Shown here piece by piece: positions 13,275-23,593 of a stretch of 64,000 nucleotides of DNA. Both the position numbers and the translations under genes were made by a program. The notes below the pieces were generated by a model that was given only the letters and a program-made list of their open reading frames with translations, did not search any database and had not been told where the DNA came from. Source of the stretch: Chiloscyllium plagiosum (Eukaryota); NCBI RefSeq assembly GCF_004010195.1, contig NC_057737.1, forward strand, positions 1,455,418-1,519,417, written 5' to 3'. Position 1 is the stretch's first letter; each line of letters begins with the position of its first letter.

Positions 13275-13785
13275 GAGACAGTTCTGGTCACCTCACTACC
13301 AGGAGGATGTGGAGCCTTTGGAGAGGGAACAGAAACGATTTATCAGGATGTTGCCTGGTTCGGAGGGGATTAGCCAAGAGGAAAGATTGGACAAAGTTGG
13401 TTTGTTTTTCACTTGAACGAAGGATGAGGAGTGACCTGACAGAAGTTTATAAAATGACAGGTGTGGACAGTCACAGTATTTTTCCCTAGGGTAGAAATGT
13501 CAATTATTAGGGTCATAGAAGGAGGTGAGTTGAGAGGAGATGTGAGAGGTCACCGAGGGTAGTGAGCGCCTGGAAGGTGCTGTGATAAGAGGTGTTGGAA
13601 GCTGATACAACAGCAACGTTGAAAAGCTATCTTGACAGATATGTGACCGGGCAGAGAATTGAGGAATATGGACCAGATTGAGGTTTAAGGTGCTTAGTTT
13701 GGAAAAGGTATCAAGAATTGAGCCAGGACTGATGGGCTGAAGGGCCTGTTCCTGTGCTGGACTACTCTTTGTTCTTTATGTTACA
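13275..13785 (+). mobile_element. CR1 LINE 3' fragment
   Basis: QFWSPHYQEDVEPLERE..RFIRMLPG motif and CR1 3' UTR tail. Confidence 0.8.
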
Positions 13786-14514
13786 AAAAGAGACTAGGAG
13801 CAGCAGGAGGCCATTCAGCCCCTTGCTGTACTGTCCAATAAGATCACGGTTGACCTTTGACCTCAGCTCCACCTACCCACCCTCCCCTCATATTCCCTTT
13901 CTCCAATGATTGAACCATCTCAGTCTGGAATGGACTCTCAGCTCGAGCATGGGATAGAGAATCATCAATAACTTCCAACACAGAAACAGACCATCTGCTC
14001 CACACAGGCCTGGTCCCAGCCTCTCTCCCTCTCACCCAACCATTCTGTTCCTTTCTCCCTCGTGTGTTTCATGTGTTGACTCAATCGTGTCATAACTCGA
14101 ACCTCTCCCTGCACATCTGAGTTTCACAATGTCAACGCTCTTTGCTGAAGGAGTTTTTCCTGAATTGCTGATTGCCTGTTTGTCTTTAGCTTATATTTGT
14201 GACCCAGTATCTCCTCAGCAATTAGCTTATATTTGTGACCCAGTATCTCCTCAGCAACTGTTATCATTTTAAAGACCTTGATCTTCCCTGTCCCAGGAAA
14301 ACGATCCTGGTCTCTTTAACTTCTCCTGAGAGACAGAAAACCCCTCCGTTCCAGTGTCACCCGAGTGAATCATTTCTGTCCCTTCTCCAGTTCTTCCCAT
14401 TCCCTCAGGATTTCTGCAAGAATCCCGTCAGAGACCCATGGGATGAGCCTTTGCTCCTGAAGAATATTTCTCTGAGGGTGAGATTGGTGTTTCTCCCTCC
14501 CCTTTATATTTACA

Positions 14515-14810
14515 CTCAGTGGGTTACACTCCAGTTCTGAGTCGGAAGTTGTGATTCAGGACGCCTTTGATGATTTAAGCTCATGGCCCAGGCAACCCCA
14601 GCAAGTGCAGTACCGAGGGAGTGTTGCCCTGTTGGAACAGGGAGTTTAAAGGAGACATGTGTTCCCCGCTCTCGGAGATGGGAAAGATTCCAAGGCATTA
14701 TTCTGAAGAGGATCGAGTGATCTCCCCGGTGTCCTCGCCAATATTTATTCCGCAAGATCATAACATAATCGACATCCCCAGTTTTAAATTGTTGGTCCCT
14801 GGAGTTTGCT
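14515..14810 (+). mobile_element. Deu-domain SINE remnant
   Basis: GCAGTACCGAGGGAGTG and GTGTCCTCGCCAATATTTATTCC resemble the DeuSINE core; tRNA-like head. Confidence 0.55.
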
Positions 14811-14849
14811 ATGATTATGGTTACTCTTGATGGGCCAGAATTCTGCTCA

Positions 14850-15905
14850 TTTTCCCAATCTCTGCCCTCCAGTCCCGGTAACATCCTCAGAAACATTTTC
14901 TGCAGCTTTTCCAATTTAATAATATCCTTCCCGTAGGAAGCTGCCCTCCTTCAGGACATTGCAAAGAGTCTGTATCTGTGACAAACTGCATTGCACACTC
15001 ACACTGTGTACTTCCAATGTAGTCATAGAGTGATAGAGCACAGAGACAGACCCTTCCATCCAACTCATCCATGCTGACTCGGTTTCCCAAACCAATCTAG
15101 TCCCACCTGCCTGCATTTGGCCCATATCCCTCTAAACCTTTCCTGTTCATGTACCTGTCCAAATGTCTTTTAAATGTTGTAACTATATTTGCATCTATCA
15201 CTTCTTCTGGCAGCTCATTCCACATAAAAGCCACCCTCGGTGTTAAAAAGTTACCCCTTGGGTCCCTTTTATATCTTTCTCCTCTCACCTTAAACCTATA
15301 CCCTCTTGTTCTGGACTCCCCCCACCCTGGGAAGAAAAAGCTATTTGCTATTTCATCTTATCTCTGTGCCCTTCATGATTTTATGAACGTCTATAAAGGT
15401 CACACCTCACTCTCCTACGCTCTGGTGAAAAAAGTCCCAGCCTAACCAGCCTCTCCTTATAATTCAAACCCTCCATTCCCAGGAACATCTTCATGAATCT
15501 TTTCTGAACCCTCTCCAGTTTAATAATATCCTTTCTATAACAGGGTGACTAGAACTACACACAATACTCCAGAAGAGGGCGGCACAGTGGCTCAGTGGTT
15601 AGCATTGTTGCCTCACAGCACCAGGGACCCAGGTTCAATTCCTACAATCCAATGATGTGCAGGTTAGGAGAACTGCCTGTGCTAAGTTACCCATAGTGTT
15701 CAGGGATGTGCAGGTTAGGAGAACTGCCTGTGCTAAGTTACTCAAAGTGTTCAGGGATGTGCAGGATGGGTGCATTAGTCAGGAGTAAAATGTAAAGAGA
15801 TAGGGTAGGGTCTGGGTGGGTTGCTCTTTGGAGAGTCAAAGGGCCTGTGTCCACACTGTAGGGATTCTAAGAGGCCTCACCAACATCCTATACAACCTCA
15901 ACATG
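14850..15905 (-). mobile_element. CR1 3' fragments with nested V-SINE (+, ~15578-15870)
   Basis: RGERYKRDPRGNF..RV..WNELP motif and CR1 tail; SINE head at 15578. Confidence 0.8.
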
Positions 15906-16214
15906 TACCTCCTGTACACCCCAGCTCCTGAATGGACAATTTTCCACATTTTCAGTCGAAGGCTGTGGTCACACAGCGTGCTTTTAGCGTATACTTTGTG
16001 TAATTGCAGTATGTACTCAGACTGTGTACACTGAACTCTGTGCCTGTACTGTGTATTGATTGTGTGTGCCCGTGCTGTGTCCATTTACCCACATTGACTA
16101 TGTATGTGTCTGTATTGAGTACAGACTGTATGTGCCTGTACTGTATACTGACTGAACTCTGTGCCTGTATTGTGACAGGTCAATTATTAAAACTGTCTCT
16201 TTTCTGGGCATTAG

Positions 16215-16360
16215 GTTTACGAACGTCTTGTGGCCCGAACTGGTACACGGGAGGGAGTAACAACAACAGTTATGTGGTTGCACTCCTTGTCACCTGCTTC
16301 ATGATGCCCCTCAGTTTGATTGTGTTCTCCTATGTCAGTCTGTTGGTGGTTCTCCGAGCT
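16215..16360 (+). CDS. OPNP: Pinopsin exon 3
   Basis: TTAG|(G)LRTSCGPNWYTGGSNNNSY...FSYVSLLVVLRA|GTGAGT; C187 and P189 present; phases consistent with exons 2 and 4. Confidence 0.95.
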
Positions 16361-16987
16361 GTGAGTATGGGGTGAGGGAGGGAGGGGAGGGGAGGCTGGG
16401 CATTGTTACTGCTCTGTTTGTCCACCCTCTACACCCCCCTCCCCCACTTGGTCACTTGCTCAGCTCCTAGTCCTGGCATATCTCAACATGGAATGGGGGA
16501 GGAGGTCATTGCTCTCACCCCGCTCCCTCCATGGAACTACCACTTATAGTCATAGAGGAACAGAAGTAGGCCATTCAGCCCCTCGAGCCTGACCTGGGAC
16601 CTAACTCCATACACTCACCTTTCATCCATATCCCTCGGTATCTTTGCACAACAGAAGTTCACCTCCACTTTAAAATTAACATTTAAAATTAACTGCTGTT
16701 TGTAGAAGAGAGTTCCAAACCTCCCTCACTCTCTGTGTGTCAAAGTGTGCACTCCCCTCCCCCAGTCGCCTCCTGCCACTCTGTCCCACACCAGCAGCAG
16801 ATGGATTCCCTGGAAGGAGGCGTATTCAGTCAGTGGGGATGGCACAGCCCCTTCATGACCTCATCACTCTCTTAGACCCATCTAGTTCGTTCAGGTTCCT
16901 CGCACAGATCTGCAGCACAGGCCTGGTCATATGTGACTCCAGTCCGCCACTGGCTGCTTCCTCCTATCCCATTGCTGTACAACATTC

Positions 16988-17138
16988 GATGGGGACAGTG
17001 TAGAGGAAGCTTTACTCTGTATCTAACCCCGTGCTATTCCTGTCCTGGGAATGTTTGATGGGGACAGTGTAGAGGGAGCTTTACTCTGTATCTAACCCCG
17101 TGCTGTCCCTGTCCTGGGCGTGTTTGATGGGGACAGTG
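16988..17138. repeat. ~69-bp tandem repeat, ~2.2 copies
   Basis: GATGGGGACAGTGTAGAGG(A/G)AGCTTTACTCTGTATCTAACCCCGTGCT...GTCCTGGG repeated. Confidence 0.8.
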
Positions 17139-17139
17139 C

Positions 17140-18185
17140 CTATTTCTCTCATCTTGATGAATTTCATGTCTTTGAGAAGATTCTGGAAGGTGTCAATGAA
17201 CAGTTTCAGAAGGATAGGCAGGTGGGAGATGGAGGAAGTGCTGTTTTGTGGGTGTAGGAGGAGATCAGCGCTGCGATGAGAAATAATATCAGCACTGGGG
17301 ATTGGGACATGGAATCAGACTGGATAGAAATTAGAAATGGCAAGGGGAAGAAATCCTGGGTGGAAGTAATTGAAAGGAATGACAAATATCAGGAGGTGAT
17401 TTTCACATGCATAAGGACTAGATAAGTCCAATAAACCTTGAGGGAGACTTCACTGAATATTTCAGCGTTTGGTTCCACAACATTCTGCTCCAAGAATCAG
17501 GAAGCAGGTTATTCTGGATTTGAAATGATGCAATGAGGTGGGATTAATCAATGATCTCAGAGTGAGGGATCCTCAAGGGAAGAGCGATCACAACATGCTA
17601 GAATTTCAGTTGGAGGGAGAGAAACTGGAGACCCACACTAGTGTTCTAGAGTTAAACAACGCTACTTAAATTGACATGAAGTCAGATCTGGGCCGGAAAG
17701 CTGGGCAGGTGATGGGCAATGGGAGAGGTTTAAGGAGAATGTCACTTGCTCCCAACTAAAATATATTCCAGAGAGGAAGCAAGATTGTAAGAGAGATGAA
17801 ACAAAACACATCCATAGCTAAGCAAAGAAATTAAAGATGATATACAGACAAAAACAATTGCACCTTACTGCAGAGGTGAGGGTAGGCAGGAAAACTGGGA
17901 CCAGCAAAGAGTGGGGCAACAAAGAGGTTTAGCATTATGGGGGTTTGGGGGGAGGGGGTCGTAGATTTAAAACTGAGAAGGAATTACTTTTCTCAGGGCC
18001 ACCTGTGCTTCACTCCCTGAGTACGGTGGATCCTGGGATATCGAGTAAGTTCAGGAAGGAGATAGACAGATTTTTAAGGAGTAATGGGAGGAAGGTGGAG
18101 TTGAGGTGCAGATGAGATCAGCCATGATGGTATTAAATGGTGGAACAGGCTCAAGGGGCTGAATGGCCTCCTCCTGTTCCTAATG
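17140..18185 (+). mobile_element. Old CR1 remnant ending at the pinopsin exon 4 acceptor
   Basis: Eroded endonuclease-region sequence, then CR1 3' tail GATCAGCCATGAT...GAATGGCCTCCTCCTGTTCCTA. Confidence 0.7.
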
Positions 18186-18205
18186 TTCACTGCTTCCTTC
18201 CGCAG

Positions 18206-18445
18206 GTTGCTCAGCAACAGAAGGAGTGTCAGACGACACAGCGAGCAGAACGAGAGGTGACCCGTATGGTGGTCGTCATGGTGATGGCGTTTTTGATCTG
18301 CTGGCTTCCTTATACAACCTTTGCCCTAGTTGTTGCTGTGGATAAGGACATTGTGATTTACCCCACCTTGGCCTCCATGCCATCCTATTTCTCAAAGACC
18401 GCCACCGTCTACAACCCCATCATCTACGTCTTCATGAATAAACAG
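18206..18445 (+). CDS. OPNP: Pinopsin exon 4 (TM6-TM7)
   Basis: CAG|VAQQQKECQTTQRAEREVTRMV...WLPYTTFA...SYFSKTATVYNPIIYVFMNKQ|GT; 240 nt; retinal-binding K296 and NPxxY present. Confidence 0.95.
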
Positions 18446-18467
18446 GTAGGAGCAACTCTTTCACTCA

Positions 18468-19100
18468 GAGTCATAAAGTCACACAGCACGGAAACAGACC
18501 CTTCACTCCAACCAGTCCGTGCCGAATATAATCCCAAATTAAACTAATTCCACCTGCCTGCTCCTGGCCCATATCCCTCGAAACCTTTCCTGTTCACTTA
18601 TCTATCCAAATATCTTTTAAATATTGTAACTTTACTCACATCCACCCCTTCCTTGGGAAGTTCATCCCACACGTGAATTGGAACCCTATGTGTAAAAAGA
18701 AAAATTGACCTTCATGTCTTTTTAAAATCTTTCTCTTCTCACCTTAAAAACGTGCCCACGTCTTGAACTCCCCCATCCCAGGGAAAAGATAACTACCATT
18801 AACTCTACCTATACCCCTCATTATTTTATAAACTTCTGTCAGGTTGTCTCTCAACCTCCTACACTCCAGTGAAAAACGTCCCAGTCTATCCACCCTCTCC
18901 TTATAACTCAAACCTCCTGATAAATCTCTTCTGAACCCTCTCCACCTTAATAATATCCTTCCAATAACTGGGTGACCAGAACTGGACACAGTACTCCAGG
19001 AGAGGCCGCACCAATGTTGTTCAATCTCGGCATAACTTCCCAGCTCCTATACTGAAAGGACTGAGGCAGTAAAGACCAAACCCTTTTTAACAACCTGGTC
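18468..19100 (-). mobile_element. CR1 LINE 3' fragment
   Basis: [33 protein letters not shown] on the minus strand, plus tail. Confidence 0.85.
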
Positions 19101-19252
19101 TACATATGACATATCTGAACCAAGGCTGTGTACGTTAACAGTTGCCAACTCCGCTGTAATGGGTTCCTGGAGGTTTTATCACATGACTCTGGCTTCCATC
19201 ACTCTCCTGTCATTGGTCATTCCATCATTACCAAGTCCCACCTCTCCATTAT

Positions 19253-19752
19253 NNNNNNNNNNNNNNNNNNNNNNNNNNNNNNNNNNNNNNNNNNNNNNNN
19301 NNNNNNNNNNNNNNNNNNNNNNNNNNNNNNNNNNNNNNNNNNNNNNNNNNNNNNNNNNNNNNNNNNNNNNNNNNNNNNNNNNNNNNNNNNNNNNNNNNNN
19401 NNNNNNNNNNNNNNNNNNNNNNNNNNNNNNNNNNNNNNNNNNNNNNNNNNNNNNNNNNNNNNNNNNNNNNNNNNNNNNNNNNNNNNNNNNNNNNNNNNNN
19501 NNNNNNNNNNNNNNNNNNNNNNNNNNNNNNNNNNNNNNNNNNNNNNNNNNNNNNNNNNNNNNNNNNNNNNNNNNNNNNNNNNNNNNNNNNNNNNNNNNNN
19601 NNNNNNNNNNNNNNNNNNNNNNNNNNNNNNNNNNNNNNNNNNNNNNNNNNNNNNNNNNNNNNNNNNNNNNNNNNNNNNNNNNNNNNNNNNNNNNNNNNNN
19701 NNNNNNNNNNNNNNNNNNNNNNNNNNNNNNNNNNNNNNNNNNNNNNNNNNNN
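19253..19752. other. Assembly gap, exactly 500 N (probably an arbitrary-size scaffold join)
   Basis: N run; round length identical to the gap at 49399-49898. Confidence 0.95.
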
Positions 19753-19794
19753 TTGGGAGGACACAGGTTAAGCGGCTGCCATTGGTTCTGGGCA

Positions 19795-19852
19795 GGATAT
19801 CATCATATACTGTAAGTTCACTATTCATGTACTACAGTATAGATGATGTACT
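19795..19852 (+). ncRNA. MIR144: pre-miR-144 (5p 19795-19816, 3p 19833-19852)
   Basis: GGATATCATCATATACTGTAAG and TACAGTATAGATGATGTACT match vertebrate miR-144-5p/3p; they form a hairpin with paired flanks; located downstream of and antisense to ERAL1, as in human. Confidence 0.97.
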
Positions 19853-20329
19853 ATTCAGTGCCTGTTCATACCTGAAGGAGCAGTGGGTTCAGGTCCATCA
19901 CCAGACGGAATAATCACGATGAAGGAAGTGGAAATGATCTTAGCTTTCAGCACAAGAGACAGGCACGATGTCACTAACTCTGTGCTCTGTGTTTAATGGG
20001 CCAACACATGAGGATCGACAGCTTCCCAAATATCAGGTTTCATTCTTTAAAAATGTTTATCCTTTGTCAGATGTCGGCGTCTCCAGTCAGACCATCATTT
20101 GGTGTTTGCCGCGGTGCTGGGCTATTTCAGAGGGTGCTCAAAACCAACACCATTGCTGTGGGCCTGGAGTGACATAGAGGCCAAACGGGGTAAAAAGGAC
20201 AGACTTCCTTCCCGAAAGGAGATGGATTTGACAGCGATTAGTGATAGTTATCATGGTCACCATGGTCTGGTTCACCATTCAAGATTTTATTTATTGAATT
20301 TAAATAGCATCAGGTTCCAGACTGATTAG

Positions 20330-20657
20330 CACCAACCCTGACTCCCCCAACTCACCCATCAACCCCGACTCCCCAACCCAGACTCCTCCAACCCCACCAC
20401 ATCAAACCTGACACCCTCAACTCCCCCAACTCCAACTCCCCCACCCATCCTCTCCCATCTCTACCTCCCTAACCCCTCCCAAACCCAACTCTTCCACCCC
20501 AAACCCTCCCATCTCCAACTCCCCCACCCATCCTCTCCCACCTCTACCTCCNNNNNNNNNNNNNNNNNNNNNNNNNNNNNNNNNNNNNNNNNNNNNNNNN
20601 NNNNNNNNNNNNNNCCTCCCCCACTCCCACCTCCTCCCCAACCCCTCCCCCTTCCCC
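20330..20657. repeat. C-rich low-complexity repeat containing a 63-N gap (20552-20614)
   Basis: Repeated CTCCCCCAAC / CCCACCCATCCTCTCCCA units. Confidence 0.8.
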
Positions 20658-21051
20658 ACTCCCACCTCCTCCTCCTTGTTGATTGTTCATCTGGTTCACT
20701 AATGCCCTTTAGGGAGGAAACTGCCAACTTTATCTGGTCTGGCCTCTATGTGACACCCGACCCACAGCAGTGGGGTTGACTCCCATCTGCCCAATAAATG
20801 CTGACCCAGCCCGTGACCCCCTCATCCCATGAATCAATAAAGGAAGGAAGTTGTTGAGTCACAGAGATGGACATGCGGCTGACCCTGTGGTTGGAATGTG
20901 CAGACCGTCCAATCGTGGCCAATCCCTCACTCCCCTGTGAGTCTCTGCTGCTCAGAGTTTGCCATGAAACCCCTTTCATTTCCCCTCCCCCTCCCTCTCG
21001 CTGTGCCCGTGCCCAGGAAGGATGGCCGAACGGGGAAGGGGGGTGTCGGTT

Positions 21052-21092
21052 AAACCGTTACCATTACTTGTTTAAGTACTGGTAAAGGTTGT
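21052..21092 (+). ncRNA. MIR451: pre-miR-451 copy A
   Basis: AAACCGTTACCATTACT (nt 1-17 identical to miR-451) in a short 41-nt hairpin with a 4-nt loop: AAACCGTTACCATTACTTGTTTAAGTACTGGTAAAGGTTGT; lower stem formed by GGGGGTGTCGGTT / ACTGCTGCTCCC. Confidence 0.93.
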
Positions 21093-23080
21093 ACTGCTGC
21101 TCCCAAACTCATCTCAGCTGCTGCACAGACCGGGAGGGGAGGAGGACTGCCAGACCTGAAACCTTAACTCTGCTTTCTCTCCACAGATGCTGACAGAGCT
21201 GCTGAGATTTTCCAGCAATTTGTGCTCCTGATTTCCAGCATCCGCAGTTCTTTTCTACTGAAGGTTTGTATCTGGACTGGATGTTAATCCAACTGCCTCA
21301 GCAACCTCTCCCTGCTCACCACCCTGCCTGGCTGTTACTGCGAACAGCAGCCCAATGGGTCAGGCCTGCTCCCTCCTCTCTCTCCAGCCTGCTGCCCCTG
21401 GGCATGTACCTCACTTTGTGCAGCTGTTGGCCAGGACACTGCCCTGAATCGACTGCTCATTGCCGGGGGAGGGGATAAGAGAACGAGTGTTTCCAGTGGG
21501 TTATCCACTGGCCGTGTAAAATAACGATGGTGTTGCTCCCTGCCCAAGGTGCCGTGGGAATGAAGGACCCTCAGAGATGAGTCCACCAGGAACACTGGTC
21601 ACAGACAAGGACTAGTGATGAGCAGTGCGGCTGAGAGTCGTGGGCAGGAGGTTGGAAGGGAAGCAGAAAGCAATTCAGTCCGCACTGTACGATTTCCATT
21701 TGTAAGGTTCAATGATATGTTCCTTCCCTTGGGTCAGTTCTCCTCAGTTCCTTCCTGCCTGCACTCGTTGGGTTTGAAGTCAGTGGAGCTATTTTTAAAT
21801 TCACACAGTCATCGCTCAACGGGTGGTTAGCGAATCCTTTCTGGTGAACCTCAAGCAAAGTGTACATTGTGTCGAAAGAAAGCAATGACAAGGCTGATGA
21901 TCTCACCTTGTTCTTGTANNNNNNNNNNNNNNNNNNNNNNNNNNNNNNNNNNNNNNNNNNNNNNNNNNNNNNNNNNNNNNNNNNNNNNNNNNNNNNNNNN
22001 NNNNNNNNNNNNNNNNNNNNNNNNNNNNNNNNNNNNNNNNNNNNNNNNNNNTGCCAACATGATGGCAGTCTGAGAGGGTACACTATGCACTCTTTCCTGT
22101 ACTAACTCTATACTTGAGAATAGTTGCAGCCAATCAGCTTCAAAGGAGATTTGAAAAGCTCATGTTTTGCTGTTTTTTTTCCCCCGCCTTCCTTGGATAA
22201 AATCAACTGAAAGGTTCAGGATCCATCAATGTGACTTAAGCAAAGTCAGGGCAAAGCTGCATCGAGAATGTTGTGAGGGTCTAGAGGGTGAAATGACAAG
22301 GACAGGTCACCACGATAATCTATAATCAATCAGGTGGAGAAGAGAAAGGAAGTGAACTGATCAAATTATTTTGTCAAGGGGCTCTTGTGGTGTGGTGGTA
22401 GTGACCCTACCCCAGAGCCAGGAGAGCCAGACATCTCTGAACAAATTAGGAGACGAGAAAAAGATCAGGCGACTGTTTCAGGTGACTGCAGGATCCATCA
22501 GGGCCATTCACCAGAAAGCCCTCCTGAACGGTGGGAGATTGTATCTCCCATTCTAGACTATCTTTCAATGCCTTTCACCAAGGTCATGCCTGGGGCAGAC
22601 CAGAAAGGAAATCTTCACATAAACGGAGGTGAAAGTCTGAAACCTCACCCTTAAAAACAGCCAGATGCTGGGGTTCAATTTCAACACTGATTAAAGATGG
22701 CAACACAATGGGTGAGCATGGATGAATCACCTCCTTCCCCTTGTATGGTCATTCCTTGGTGTTCCCTTCTCCAGCCGATAATGCTGTGGGAATGGGTGAA
22801 CAGTGTAAGGGAAACAGAGCAGTAATCGATTCCTGTTAGTGTGGCAAGGCCAGCACCTCCAGTGGGGTATTAACACAGACAACCAGGTGCTGGAGGTTAA
22901 AGCAGTTTCGGGAGCACCTTTCAGTGTTTGATGTAGAAAGTGTCCCTTTCACAATGGTCAATCCAGAGGCACAAATCGACTCCTGATCTGAGTTTGTGAT
23001 GCTGTCCATGCTTTTCCTTTGACCATGTGCTCACACTCAGGATGGACTGATTGGACTGTGAAGGAAGGGGGGTGTCGGTT

Positions 23081-23121
23081 AAACCGTTACCATTACTTGT
23101 TTAAGTACTGGTAAGGGTTCT
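23081..23121 (+). ncRNA. MIR451: pre-miR-451 copy B
   Basis: AAACCGTTACCATTACTTGTTTAAGTACTGGTAAGGGTTCT; the 3' arm end GGTAAGGGTTCT is the fish-type G6-G35 form. Confidence 0.95.
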
Positions 23122-23273
23122 ACTGCTGCTCCCAAACTCATCTCAGCTGCTGCACAGATGAAGACACTGAGCAGGAGAGTGGGATTAAGACTTCTCCGGT
23201 GATGAAGATAAAGATAGGTGTGGAGGATTTCCAGAGGCTCTGCTGTTGTGATTGTTACATTAAGTTTATCTCC

Positions 23274-23279
23274 AATAAA
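23274..23279 (+). terminator. Candidate poly(A) signal of the pri-miR-144/451 transcript
   Basis: AATAAA ~150 nt after the last miR-451 hairpin, followed by GT-rich sequence. Confidence 0.4.
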
Positions 23280-23593
23280 AGACATCTGCTGCTGTGCATT
23301 TGTGAAAGTAAATCCAAACATCAAAAAATTGTCCGCAGTGAGATCTGATCAAATATCACTACAGAGTATTTGTTTGTGTGAGCATGACAGAGTGCGAATG
23401 TGTGTGAGACAGTGTGTTTGTGTGCAAGTGAGAGTGACCGTGTGTGTGTGTCTGTGACGGAAAGAGTGTGTCTGAGACTCTCGAGGGAGGGTGTGTGAAT
23501 CTGAGTGAGTGTGTGTGTGTCGGTAAGGGAGGGCGTGTATGTGTCTGAGAATCTCAAGGGAGTGTGTGCGTGCACGGTGTGGTGCGTGCATGC

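Noticed and set aside
19128-19913. ORFs containing long X runs (also at 49280-50038, 53598-54371, 57557-58467)
   Set aside because: Artefacts of N-gaps.
22850-22893. CCAGCACCT...AGGTGCTGG inverted repeat as a helper miRNA hairpin for miR-451 copy B
   Set aside because: Only a 9-bp stem with a large unpaired loop; not pri-miRNA-like.
22905-22986. AG-preceded frame FREHLSVFDVES... as pinopsin exon 5
   Set aside because: No pyrimidine tract, no FRxC/CC motif and no resemblance to opsin C-tails beyond FR.
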